Assembly (NCBI GenBank): GCA_905234145.1
Contig: CAJOGK010000035.1
Coordinates: 16,909-80,908 of the forward strand
Reading direction: 5' to 3'
Source of the DNA: an uncultured Prevotella sp.
GTDB lineage: Bacteria > Bacteroidota > Bacteroidia > Bacteroidales > Bacteroidaceae
Length of the DNA: 64,000 nt
A model generated the notes under the pieces. That model was not told the DNA's origin and did no database searches. It saw only the letters and a list, made by a program, of their open reading frames with translations. Positions 32,846 through 41,866 of this stretch are shown here, piece by piece; within the stretch, counting starts at the first letter, position 1, and each line of letters starts with the position of its first letter. Both the position numbers and the translations under genes were made by a program.

Positions 32846-33019
32846 ATGTGGCAGACGTATGCTGTAGTAGCGATTCTTGCCGTAGTCGTAGGCTATGCCG
32901 CCTATCGTGTGTATCAGGCGTTGACAGACGAAAATGAGGCTTGTAAAGGCTGTGCATTAGCGAAAAATTGCAAGAATAAGCGAAAAAATCGCGAAAACAT
33001 TTGGCAGTGTCGAAAATAA
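32846..33019 (+). CDS. 57-aa single-TM Cys-rich protein (FeoB-associated Cys-rich-like); absent from the ORF track
   Basis: MWQTYAVVAILAVVVGYAAYRVYQALTDENEACKGCALAKNCK...; TM helix then CxxC-x5-C. Confidence 0.75.
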   Translation: MWQTYAVVAILAVVVGYAAYRVYQALTDENEACKGCALAKNCKNKRKNRENIWQCRK

Positions 33020-33051
33020 TAGCTACCTTTGCACCCGCATTTAAAAACTAA

Positions 33052-33123
33052 GGTGCCTTGGATGAGTGGCTTAGTCTACGGTCTGCAAAACCGTCCACGG
33101 CGGTTCGAATCCGCCAGGCACCT
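33052..33123 (+). tRNA. tRNA-Cys(GCA)
   Basis: GGTGCCT..AGGCACC acceptor stem, CTGCAAA loop, GTTCGAATC; -7 box TACCTTTGCA upstream. Confidence 0.96.
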
Positions 33124-33130
33124 CAGGAAT

Positions 33131-33167
33131 AAAAAAGCTGAAGGATTTCTCCCTCAGCTTTTTTTTA
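33131..33167. terminator. Bidirectional terminator
   Basis: AAAAAAGCTGA..TCAGCTTTTTTT. Confidence 0.75.
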
Positions 33168-34349
33168 TTAGCGAGCCATGCGATAGATAGCTTTCATATC
33201 TGGGGCTGAGAGCACCTTCAAACAGCCACAGGTGCTTGTGTAATCGCGACTGCATTTGCGTGTCATCTCCTTGATTTCCTCGTCGGTAATATCCTTGCCT
33301 ATCAGCTCTTTGATATTGATTGGCATACCGATAGCGTGGTAGAAGCGTTCCATAGCCTCGATACCTTTTAGGGCAGTACCCTCGGGATCGGTGAAATCGT
33401 TGGGCACATCCATCACGTTAACAGCAAAACGCACAAAGCGGCTCAAATTTTCGTGCATAACATAGCGCGCCCAACTAGGCCAGATAGCAGCAAGACCAGC
33501 ACCATGGGTTACGTCGAACATGCCACTGAGCTCGTGCTCTAGCTGATGGGTAGCCCAATCGTCGCTGATACCACATCCCGTAAGGCCATTGTGCATCAGG
33601 CTTCCGCCCCACATAATCTGGGCACGGTAGCGATAATCTTCAGGATTCTTAAGCACCTGGAATACGGCCTGCTTGATGTTTCGCAATGCGGCCTCAGCCA
33701 AATCGGTGGTAAAGTCCATATCATCGTCCTTCGAGAAATAGCGCTCCATAGTGTGCATCATCATATCGGTTACACCCGCAGCCGTTTGATATGGAGGCAG
33801 GGTAAACGTGCGCTCAGGATTCATAATGGCAAACTTGGGACGGCTCATGTTATTAGAATAGCCCAGCTTTACGTCGCCATCCTCGTTGGTTATCACACTG
33901 GCTTCGCTTATCTCACTACCAGCTGCCGGAATGGTGAGCACAGAGGCTACAGGCAGCATCTCCTTGGGTTCGGCTTTACCCAGATAGATATCCCACACAT
34001 TACCCTCAAAAGGCACACCATAGGCAATACATTTCGATGAGTCAATCACGCTGCCACCACCTACAGCGAGGATAAAGTCGACACTTTCTTTACGGCATAA
34101 TTCGATACCTTGCTGAGCCAACGACAAACGGGGATTGGGCACTACGCCACCCAGCTGAACGTATGGGATACCAGCCTCGCCAAGAAGTGAGCACACTTTT
34201 GATAGCAAACCAGAGCGAACAGCACTCTGCCCGCCATAATGTACCAGCACCTTAGTGCCACCATATTTCTTAACCATGAGAGCTACTTGCTCTTCTGACT
34301 GCTTACCAAATACAACCTCAGTGGGTGCATAATAATTAAAATCTTTCAT
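33168..34349 (-). CDS. Iron-containing alcohol dehydrogenase (BdhA/YqhD-like), paralog 1
   Basis: GGGSVID, TIPAAGSE, HTMERY, HQLEHEL, HGAGLA. Confidence 0.93.
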   Translation of the reverse strand: MKDFNYYAPTEVVFGKQSEEQVALMVKKYGGTKVLVHYGGQSAVRSGLLSKVCSLLGEAGIPYVQLGGVVPNPRLSLAQQGIELCRKESVDFILAVGGGSVIDSSKCIAYGVPFEGNVWDIYLGKAEPKEMLPVASVLTIPAAGSEISEASVITNEDGDVKLGYSNNMSRPKFAIMNPERTFTLPPYQTAAGVTDMMMHTMERYFSKDDDMDFTTDLAEAALRNIKQAVFQVLKNPEDYRYRAQIMWGGSLMHNGLTGCGISDDWATHQLEHELSGMFDVTHGAGLAAIWPSWARYVMHENLSRFVRFAVNVMDVPNDFTDPEGTALKGIEAMERFYHAIGMPINIKELIGKDITDEEIKEMTRKCSRDYTSTCGCLKVLSAPDMKAIYRMAR

Positions 34350-34520
34350 ACTTTGTTGTCGTAGTTTAAAATTATAATGTATTGTTTAATCTCGCTGCAA
34401 AGATACAAATAATATTCCGAATTAATTTGTTTTTTTACGCATTTTTTTGTATCTTTGCCCGCATATTATCGATTTGACCCAATTTTCACTAACGGTCTTA
34501 ACAATATAAAATTTAGAATT

Positions 34521-35138
34521 ATGACAAAGAAAGTATTATTCGGTGCTGCCATTGCAGTGTTAACATTGACAAGTTGCTATAACGGCAATCAGCAAGTAGC
34601 TTCATCAACGTCGTTCGACGAAGTTTTAACCTCACGCAGAAGTGTACGTAACTACGATGCCTCAAAGAAAATCTCAGAGGCCGAGGTACGCGAACTGATC
34701 ACGGCTACACAGGAAGCGCCATCATGGGCTAATCAGCAGCCCACCAAATATTATGTGGCTATCAGCGAAGAGAAACTGGCTGCTGTTCAGGATATGGTTG
34801 GTGGTAACAAAGATCGTATCAAAGACGCCCCAGTGCTTATCGTATCAACCTTTGAGCGTGGAAAGTCGGGTTTCTTCCAGGGCAATCAAACCAATGAGGT
34901 AGGCGATGGCTGGGGAGCCTACGACAACGGCCTGAGCAACTGCTACCTGATTCTGAAAGCAAGGGCGATGGGTTTCGACACGCTCATTATGGGTATGCGT
35001 GAAGCTGACAAGCTGAGAGAGCTGTTTGCCATCCCTGAGAGCGAGACCATTATGGCCGTTATCTCCCTCGGCTACAGGGCTGAAGAACCTAATCGCCCAG
35101 AGCGAAAGCCTCTGGATGAGATTGTGAAGTTTTATTAA
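34521..35138 (+). CDS. Nitroreductase-family protein with lipoprotein signal
   Basis: RRSVRNY, APSWANQQP, SLGY, RKPLDEIVKF; LTLTSC lipobox. Confidence 0.9.
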   Translation: MTKKVLFGAAIAVLTLTSCYNGNQQVASSTSFDEVLTSRRSVRNYDASKKISEAEVRELITATQEAPSWANQQPTKYYVAISEEKLAAVQDMVGGNKDRIKDAPVLIVSTFERGKSGFFQGNQTNEVGDGWGAYDNGLSNCYLILKARAMGFDTLIMGMREADKLRELFAIPESETIMAVISLGYRAEEPNRPERKPLDEIVKFY

Positions 35139-35141
35139 GAT

Positions 35142-36929
35142 ATGAAAAAACTGATATTATTTGCTATTAGTTGCGGATTGCTGGCTGTGGCTTTAGAGAT
35201 GAAGGCCGCACCAGCATTACGAGGCTGTTTTACCGTAAAGCAGGCCGACGGTACAACGCTCACCATCGAGCAGTTTGGTGACGAATACCACCACTGGACA
35301 GCCACCACCGACGGCACCATTGTTGTAGCCACCGAGAAAGGCTACTGCGTGGCAGAAATCGACGAGCAAGGCGTGCTGAGAGCTACTGCCGAGCTAGCCC
35401 ATGAACCTGCATATCGTAGCAGTAAAGAGCTAATGGCCGTCAGCTGGCAAGCCATGCGGCGCGACATGTTTTATGCCAAGGGTATACAGTCGCGGGCAGA
35501 ATCTCGCGGTTTGGGTATCATAAAGGGTGGGTATCTGCCACATTCTGGAAGTCCGCATGTATTAACCATCTTAGCGGAGTTTCAGGATGTGAAATTCACA
35601 GTTAACAATCCCGTGCAGGCTTTCGAACAGTTTCTGAATGGCGACGAAATAAAGGATATGGGCAATCATAATAATAGGAATTCCACCAGTGTACGCAAGT
35701 ATTTCGAAATCTGTAGTCAGGGCAAGTTCTCACCTCAGTTTGATATCGTGGGGCCAGTTACCCTGCCTAATGGCGTGAAATATTATGGAGGCGATGAAAG
35801 TGATGGAAAAGACGATCGTTTCACAGGTTTCTGTAAGGATGCCATCTATCAGGTTAAGGATTTGGTAAGCGACATGAGTGTCTACGATAACGATAAGGAT
35901 GGTAAAGTCGAATTGGTGTGCGTTATCTTTGCTGGCTTCGGAGAGAATCAGAGCGCCATTGATAGTACCATCTGGGCGCGTGCAGGCTTTCTAAATATAA
36001 AATCCTCCGATAATTGGCCTATCAACTACTTTAACTGCTGTTCGGAGTTATTCCATCCGCAACGTCCTGATTATATCAATGGCACGGGGGTATTCATCCA
36101 CGAGTTTTCTCACTGCTTGGGTTTGCCCGACCTTTATCCCACGGTAAAGAGTGCATACGTTAACGATCAGGAGATGGAATCATGGAGCATTATGGATTAT
36201 GGTCTCTGGAATGATAACGGCTTTAAACCATGTGCATATACGGCATGGGAACAGGAGGTGATGGGGTGGATCGAGCTAGAAGACTTTACAAAAATAATAG
36301 GTAATGGCAATACTAGTGAGATAAGCGATATACTGCCACTGATAGAGGGCGGCAAGGCCTATAAGCTGACGAATGGCGATAACGATCGTGAATACATTAT
36401 CATGGAGAATATCCAGCAGCGTGGGCTCAACATAAAAGCCGAAGGTCATGGGTTGTTGGTATATCATGTAAACTATCCCTATAGCAGTGTTAGTATGACC
36501 GATAGACCCAATAATAAGGCTGGCCATCCCGGATTTGCAGTAGTGCCTGCCAGTGGCACGCTTCTCAGTAAATTCTTAACGGACTTAGGCACCTATAGCA
36601 ATAAACAATGGCTTGAAAGTATGGCTGCTGCTCCCTTCCCTGGTACTGGCTCCGTAAAAACGCTCTCCGACGAGCTGCAGTTGCCCAATTACTATTTCTA
36701 TACCGATACCAGTACCAAGCCCACGGGCCTTACCCTTAACAACATTGCGGAACAATCAGAAACAGGCGCCATTAGCTTTACTGCTACGCTAATCACGCCG
36801 ACAGGTATCAGCGAAGTGAAAAAACAGCGCGAAGCCGACGGCACCATATACGACCTTCTTGGCCGAAAGGTTCAGCAGGCCGATAAGGGCGTTTACATCA
36901 TAGACGGCAAAAAAGTAGTTGTTAAGTAA
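35142..36929 (+). CDS. M6 (immune inhibitor A) metalloprotease with T9SS C-terminal signal
   Basis: QADGT..GDE propeptide, HEFSHCLGLPDLY, WSIMDYG, C-terminal IYDLLGRKV..KGVYIIDGKK. Confidence 0.92.
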   Translation: MKKLILFAISCGLLAVALEMKAAPALRGCFTVKQADGTTLTIEQFGDEYHHWTATTDGTIVVATEKGYCVAEIDEQGVLRATAELAHEPAYRSSKELMAVSWQAMRRDMFYAKGIQSRAESRGLGIIKGGYLPHSGSPHVLTILAEFQDVKFTVNNPVQAFEQFLNGDEIKDMGNHNNRNSTSVRKYFEICSQGKFSPQFDIVGPVTLPNGVKYYGGDESDGKDDRFTGFCKDAIYQVKDLVSDMSVYDNDKDGKVELVCVIFAGFGENQSAIDSTIWARAGFLNIKSSDNWPINYFNCCSELFHPQRPDYINGTGVFIHEFSHCLGLPDLYPTVKSAYVNDQEMESWSIMDYGLWNDNGFKPCAYTAWEQEVMGWIELEDFTKIIGNGNTSEISDILPLIEGGKAYKLTNGDNDREYIIMENIQQRGLNIKAEGHGLLVYHVNYPYSSVSMTDRPNNKAGHPGFAVVPASGTLLSKFLTDLGTYSNKQWLESMAAAPFPGTGSVKTLSDELQLPNYYFYTDTSTKPTGLTLNNIAEQSETGAISFTATLITPTGISEVKKQREADGTIYDLLGRKVQQADKGVYIIDGKKVVVK

Positions 36930-36967
36930 GATGCGCGATCGCCATAAGGATATGAAAAACTATCCAA

Positions 36968-37001
36968 TAAAGCCCCGTAGAAATCGCGCTACGGGGCTTT
37001 T
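36968..37001. terminator. Bidirectional terminator
   Basis: AAAGCCCCGTAG..CTACGGGGCTTT. Confidence 0.8.
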
Positions 37002-37161
37002 AGTCGATACTGTAAGCTATAATGATGATTCCGGCAAAAGCCAATAAAAGACACAAGATGATGAAAGGAATTAAAGCAGCGAGTAATCGCCAGAAGGTGC
37101 TGACGTAGCTATATCCCGACAACTGCTTGATAGGAATAATGGCCAGCAGTATTTTCAGCAT
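37000..37161 (-). pseudogene. 53-aa membrane ORF, probably the C-terminal remnant of a DUF3667-like protein
   Basis: MLKILLAIIPIKQLSGYSYVSTFWRLLAALIPFIILCLLLAFAGIIIIAYSID*; no promoter, and a terminator lies immediately upstream. Confidence 0.45.
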
Positions 37162-37204
37162 ATCGTAGATCACACTGCCTACCGATTAGCTTTCTGAATG
37201 GATA

Positions 37205-37243
37205 AAAAAGTAATCCCTCGCCGTAGTTGGCGGGGGATTATTT
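37205..37243 (-). terminator. Terminator of the DUF4890-like gene
   Basis: TAATCCCTCGCC..GGCGGGGGATTA preceded by an A-run on the + strand. Confidence 0.75.
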
Positions 37244-37248
37244 GATAT

Positions 37249-37725
37249 TTACTGCTCGGGTTTGCGCTCGGGACGAGGGCCACCTTTGCGATGCTTCTTC
37301 ATGTCGTGCTGATACAGCTTATACTGATCGGGCGTGAGGATTTTCTGGAGTTCTCCATCGTAAGCCTTCATATTTTTCTCCATCTCAGCGCGCTTCTTCT
37401 CCATCTCAGCCTTCATCTCCTCTGTAGGAGGTTCTGGACGCTTATCCTTCATATCACCCTTTGGTGGCTCTGGGCGCTCGCCCTTCATGCCGTGAGGGCC
37501 GTGATGACCGTGGTGAGGTCGGCCAAAGTGCATGTTATCGGCATACTTGGTGTTGAGCTCCAGCAACTGGGCTGCCTGCTTCTCGTTGAGGTCGTAATCC
37601 TTCACCATCTTCTCTGTGCGGTGCTTTACCATTTCCTCTTTCTTCATACCTTTTTCTTGATTCTGGGCCATAGCTGCCGAACTGAACATTACGGCTGCTG
37701 CGATTGCGATAATCATCTGTTTCAT
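37249..37725 (-). CDS. DUF4890 / Spy-CpxP-like periplasmic protein
   Basis: Signal peptide, LNEKQ and LTPDQ (LTxxQ-like) motifs, G/P/H-rich linker. Confidence 0.8.
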   Translation of the reverse strand: MKQMIIAIAAAVMFSSAAMAQNQEKGMKKEEMVKHRTEKMVKDYDLNEKQAAQLLELNTKYADNMHFGRPHHGHHGPHGMKGERPEPPKGDMKDKRPEPPTEEMKAEMEKKRAEMEKNMKAYDGELQKILTPDQYKLYQHDMKKHRKGGPRPERKPEQ

Positions 37726-37780
37726 ATTCCTTAAATGTTTAATTGTTAATACTCATGTTGTTTGTTGCAACTACTTAAAT

Positions 37781-37852
37781 GACGATTGTGGCGCAGAAAA
37801 GTTTAACCCCTTTGGCCTATCTTTCAGCGAACTGGCCGATTCTTTCAACGAA
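37781..37852 (-). promoter_or_regulatory. ECF-type promoter with upstream direct repeats of 21-bp period
   Basis: - strand TAAAC-N16-CGTC; CTTTCAGCGAA (37821) and CTTTCAACGAA (37842). Confidence 0.6.
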
Positions 37853-37877
37853 AAGCTATGCCCTGAGATCGAGACAA

Positions 37878-37912
37878 GAAAAAAAGAGCACCCAGCGATG
37901 GATGCTCCTTTA
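37878..37912 (-). terminator. Terminator of the beta-barrel gene
   Basis: GAGCAcCCA..TGGaTGCTC preceded by an A-run on the + strand. Confidence 0.65.
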
Positions 37913-37935
37913 TAATGATAGATGATCTTATAGAC

Positions 37936-38490
37936 TTAGAACTTATAACGCAGACCGACTGTAAGCACACCGCGCTCACCAAAGCCGAGTTCTGCGAAAC
38001 CGCGCAGCTGCTGGCCACCGAATTCTGCACCAAGAGCCGTTATCTGGGCCATGAAGTTTGTTGCAGAAGAGTCGCCACTTGTATTGCCTTTACTGCTGCT
38101 TATTGAGGTAAATATCAAACCGGCGGCTAATCCTGAATACATGCCGAAATGGTTCTTGCGCAACCAGTTGAACTTAACAGCTGGCATTACAGTTATGTAT
38201 TTGGTCTTTTGCTCACCATCATTGCCCCATTTACAACCGGCAATAGAAGCCATCGCACCTACACCCACAACAGGCGAAACATGATAGTAGTATTCAAGAC
38301 CTATAGGGCCCCAGAAACCACGCTGGTCGCCACTGCTGAATGCTGTCAAACTTGTAGCAATAGTCGATACAACGGTGGAAGCAGAACCGAAACCATAGTA
38401 AACACCAATCTCGTTCTTCAAATCGTCGTTTTGAGCGCTTGCACTCAGCGAAGCTACCATCATGGCAGCGATCATCATTAATTTTTTCAT
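37936..38490 (-). CDS. Small outer-membrane beta-barrel protein
   Basis: Signal peptide, alternating beta strands, C-terminal GLRYKF. Confidence 0.85.
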   Translation of the reverse strand: MKKLMMIAAMMVASLSASAQNDDLKNEIGVYYGFGSASTVVSTIATSLTAFSSGDQRGFWGPIGLEYYYHVSPVVGVGAMASIAGCKWGNDGEQKTKYITVMPAVKFNWLRKNHFGMYSGLAAGLIFTSISSSKGNTSGDSSATNFMAQITALGAEFGGQQLRGFAELGFGERGVLTVGLRYKF

Positions 38491-38630
38491 ACTGATTATT
38501 ACATTAAATATTATCCTTTTATCAAATTTTCGATGCAAAGTTATAAAGTATTATAATACTAATAATAAAAGAGGTGTAAACATTGGCACCATACCCCCCA
38601 ATTTCTTGATTTACATTAGCTTAAGTGGGC

Positions 38631-39101
38631 TTATTCGTGGTGATAAGGCTCGCCCTTGATGATGGTACAGGCGCGATAGATCTGTTCGGTAAAGACGAGG
38701 CGTATCATCTGATGGGAGAACGTCATTTTTGAGAGCGACAGTTGCTCGTTGGCGCGGGCATAGACAGCAGGTGAAAAGCCATAGGGACCGCCGACGATGA
38801 AGACAAGACGGCGGGCGGTATTGCGCTTTTGCTCAAGCCATCGCGCAAATTCGATACTGCGATACTCGCGCCCGTGCTCATCGAGCAATACCACGGTGTC
38901 GCTGGGCTGCAACTGCTTTAGAATCAATTCGCCCTCGGCCGTCTTCTGCTGCTCTTCCGTAAGGCTCTTGGTGTTTTTGAGCTCGGGAATGGTAACAAGC
39001 TCGAAGGGCATATAATGACCGATGCGCTCGCAGTAATCGCTTATGCCAGCCTGGAAATGCTTGTCGGTAGTTTTACCTACCAGTATCAGTAGCGTCTTCA
39101 T
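38631..39101 (-). CDS. rlmH: 23S rRNA pseudouridine-1915 N3-methyltransferase
   Basis: LDEHG, FIVGGPYG, SLSKMTFSHQMIR, EQIYRA, PYHH. Confidence 0.97.
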   Translation of the reverse strand: MKTLLILVGKTTDKHFQAGISDYCERIGHYMPFELVTIPELKNTKSLTEEQQKTAEGELILKQLQPSDTVVLLDEHGREYRSIEFARWLEQKRNTARRLVFIVGGPYGFSPAVYARANEQLSLSKMTFSHQMIRLVFTEQIYRACTIIKGEPYHHE

Positions 39102-39107
39102 ATTTCT

Positions 39108-40421
39108 TTATGGGATGGTTTCGTTAGTGATAAAATCGTCGAACTGCTTTTGGTAGCCATTAAACACATTGATGTCGACATCGCCATGAATACCAGCCAC
39201 GCGACCATCGGGACAGAGTTGCCAATACGTAAGCCTTACATCGGGCTTATACTCGCTATAGCGGGCTATCCACACGCGATAGTTGCGCTTCAGGTCGGGC
39301 TGATCCTTGAGGTAATTGTTTACGAACAACTGGTTGACGTAGAGGATGGGCTTTACATGCGTATATTGTTCTACCATCGATAGCCACGTGCGGATATGGC
39401 GGAACAAGGCCTCGGGGCCACCCATCTGAGCGATTTGCGACTTGCTGGGCTCGATATCGAGTACGGGTGGCAGGTCGCCGCTGCGAAACAGCGTGTTGCG
39501 AATAAAAAACTTGGCCTGAGCAGCGCCAGTGGTACGAACCGACCAGAAGTGGTAAGCCCCCGTGCGGATGCCGTGCTTGCGCGCCTGCGCATAATCATTA
39601 ACATAATACCTATTGCGCACGCTGATGCCCTCGGTAGATTTGATGTAGACGAACGAGACGGGATAGTCGGCCTTGCCACTGACATTCTGGCTGCCGTTCT
39701 TGCCCACGTGGACGATACGCAACTTATCCCAACGGATGGGATATTTCTTGCGCCCCTTGCCGTGCTGATAGCGGGCGATATCGATGCCGTAGATACGTTC
39801 GGAGGTGTACTTCATGCGCTCGCCCCAGAAGCGGCCTTTCTGCCATTCGCCTACGCGCAAGCGAGACTCGCCATCAGTGGACAGTAGCATCTCTAAGCCG
39901 AAGCCGTGACGAAGATCGTCCTCCATGTGACCCTCGAAATAGCTGCCATCAGCCTGCTGATAGGCGCCATGACCCTGCGCCACGAGACCCGAGAAATCGC
40001 CACGATACGTGCCCAAAGAATCGAGGCGCACACCCTGTACGAGCGTATCAGCCTGCCAAGTACCGATAATGGTGCGACGGAGCGAATCGAGCACCACACC
40101 AAGCCCTTGGTGCTGATGATGACGCCAAGTGCCTACGGAAAGAGCCGACAAATAGCCTCGGGTTTTTACCTGCAACCGATGACCATTGGCAAAGGCTGCT
40201 ACCATCTCGTAACCCTCATCCTGCACGTTATGACGATCGAAATAATACGTAAGTTCATCGTTCAAGCGCACCATGCTGCTATCGGCACCAGGTTTTGCCA
40301 TGGGCTTTGGCTCGAAAGCATGGCTCAGCCGCATGCCTTGATGGCTAGGCTGGGGGAGAAAAGGAGTGGCCGCAATGAGGGCCACAAAGGGGCATATAAT
40401 ATAGTATAGAGTTTTTTTCAT
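39108..40421 (-). CDS. GH25 muramidase with N-terminal MORN-like repeats
   Basis: GIDIARYQ, IKSTEG, GAYHF, PPVLDIE, VDIN; YFEG..DLRHGFG repeats. Confidence 0.88.
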   Translation of the reverse strand: MKKTLYYIICPFVALIAATPFLPQPSHQGMRLSHAFEPKPMAKPGADSSMVRLNDELTYYFDRHNVQDEGYEMVAAFANGHRLQVKTRGYLSALSVGTWRHHQHQGLGVVLDSLRRTIIGTWQADTLVQGVRLDSLGTYRGDFSGLVAQGHGAYQQADGSYFEGHMEDDLRHGFGLEMLLSTDGESRLRVGEWQKGRFWGERMKYTSERIYGIDIARYQHGKGRKKYPIRWDKLRIVHVGKNGSQNVSGKADYPVSFVYIKSTEGISVRNRYYVNDYAQARKHGIRTGAYHFWSVRTTGAAQAKFFIRNTLFRSGDLPPVLDIEPSKSQIAQMGGPEALFRHIRTWLSMVEQYTHVKPILYVNQLFVNNYLKDQPDLKRNYRVWIARYSEYKPDVRLTYWQLCPDGRVAGIHGDVDINVFNGYQKQFDDFITNETIP

Positions 40422-40502
40422 TTTTTTATGGCGCAAAATTACTAATTATTCTTGATTATTGTGTATATTTGCAGCAAAAATAATTTCTAAACGCAAAAAA
40501 CA

Positions 40503-41666
40503 ATGATTAAAGACTTTAATTTCTACGCACCTACGAGAGTGGTGTTTGGACGCGAATCAGAAGAAAAGTTGCCACAGTTGATACAGCAGTATGGCGGTGG
40601 TAAGGTGTTGATACACTATGGTGGCGGCAGTGCCCGTCGCTCGGGATTGCTCGATAAAGTAGAGAAATTGCTGGGCGAGGCTGGCATCAGCTATGTAGAG
40701 CTGGGTGGCGTGGTGCCCAATCCACTATTGTCTAAGGTAAGGGAGGGTATCGAGCTTTGTCGCAAAGAACATGTAAACTTCATCCTCGCCGTAGGTGGCG
40801 GTAGTGTGATAGATTCTTCGAAAGCTATCGGCTACGGTGTGGGTTATCCTGGCGACGTGTGGGACTTTTGGGACGGAAAGGCTGTGCCACAGGCTTGTAT
40901 GCCTATCGGTGTGGTGCTGACGATTCCTGCCGCTGGTAGTGAGATGTCGTCGAGTACTGTGATTACCAACGATGAAGGTATGCTGAAGCGTGGCTTTAAC
41001 AGCGACCTGTGCCGCTGTAAGTTTGCTATCATGAACCCAGAGCGTACCTTTACGCTATCGCCTTATCAGACGGCAGCAGGTGCTACCGACATTATGATGC
41101 ACACCATGGAGCGCTACTTCTCGAAATACGAGGATGCGATACTAACAGATGCCATCGCCGAGGCCTTACTGAGAACGGTAAAGGAGTCGACACCCATCGT
41201 GCTGAAGGAGCCCGAGAACTATGAGCATCGTGCAGCTATCATGTGGGCCAGCTCGCTGTCACATAACGATTTGACAGAGTGTGGAACAGAAAAAGACTTT
41301 GCGAGCCACAAGCTGGAACACGAACTTTCAGGTTTGTTTGGCGTAACCCATGGCGCAGGCTTGGCTGCTATCTGGCCTAGTTGGGCACGCTACGTGATGG
41401 ATAAGCATCAGGCACGTTTCGAGAAATATGCCAAGAACGTGATGGGCGTAGAGGGTGCGCTAGCTGGCATTGAGGCCACGGAAGCCTTCTTCCATTCGAT
41501 AGGCATGCCGACATCGATCCCTGAGTTGATTGGCAGGAAGGCCACCGATGAAGAAATAGCAACGATGGTGGAAAAATGCAGTCGTGGCGGCAAGATAACC
41601 CTCGGTGCGATGGAAGTTCTCGCGCAAGCCGATATGGCTGCAATTTATAAGCTGGCGAACGGTTAA
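40503..41666 (+). CDS. Iron-containing alcohol dehydrogenase, paralog 2
   Basis: Same motifs as 33168-34349. Confidence 0.93.
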   Translation: MIKDFNFYAPTRVVFGRESEEKLPQLIQQYGGGKVLIHYGGGSARRSGLLDKVEKLLGEAGISYVELGGVVPNPLLSKVREGIELCRKEHVNFILAVGGGSVIDSSKAIGYGVGYPGDVWDFWDGKAVPQACMPIGVVLTIPAAGSEMSSSTVITNDEGMLKRGFNSDLCRCKFAIMNPERTFTLSPYQTAAGATDIMMHTMERYFSKYEDAILTDAIAEALLRTVKESTPIVLKEPENYEHRAAIMWASSLSHNDLTECGTEKDFASHKLEHELSGLFGVTHGAGLAAIWPSWARYVMDKHQARFEKYAKNVMGVEGALAGIEATEAFFHSIGMPTSIPELIGRKATDEEIATMVEKCSRGGKITLGAMEVLAQADMAAIYKLANG

Positions 41667-41768
41667 AACGACAAAATGTAATCAAAATGATTAAAAAAGT
41701 TACAATTTATTTGTTTGATTCGAAGAAAATGTATAACTTTGCCGGCGAAATTAAAAAATCGACAGAAA

Positions 41769-41849
41769 ATGAAGAGTATGAATCTACTTAGCGCCATTAT
41801 TATTATTCGACTGCAGAGAGCGGCCGGAAGTGATAAGGTGTATGATTAA
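41769..41849 (+). CDS. Ile/Leu-rich attenuator leader peptide (26 aa)
   Basis: MKSMNLLSAIIIIRLQRAAGSDKVYD*; -7 box TAACTTTGC about 30 nt upstream. Confidence 0.8.
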   Translation: MKSMNLLSAIIIIRLQRAAGSDKVYD

Positions 41850-41866
41850 ACATTAAATTAAGATAC

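Noticed and set aside
39108-40421. Prophage lysin
   Set aside because: No holin, structural or integrase genes; neighbours are housekeeping genes
41844-41863. TAAACAT-like heptamers after the leu leader peptide
   Set aside because: Only two imperfect units in AT-rich sequence
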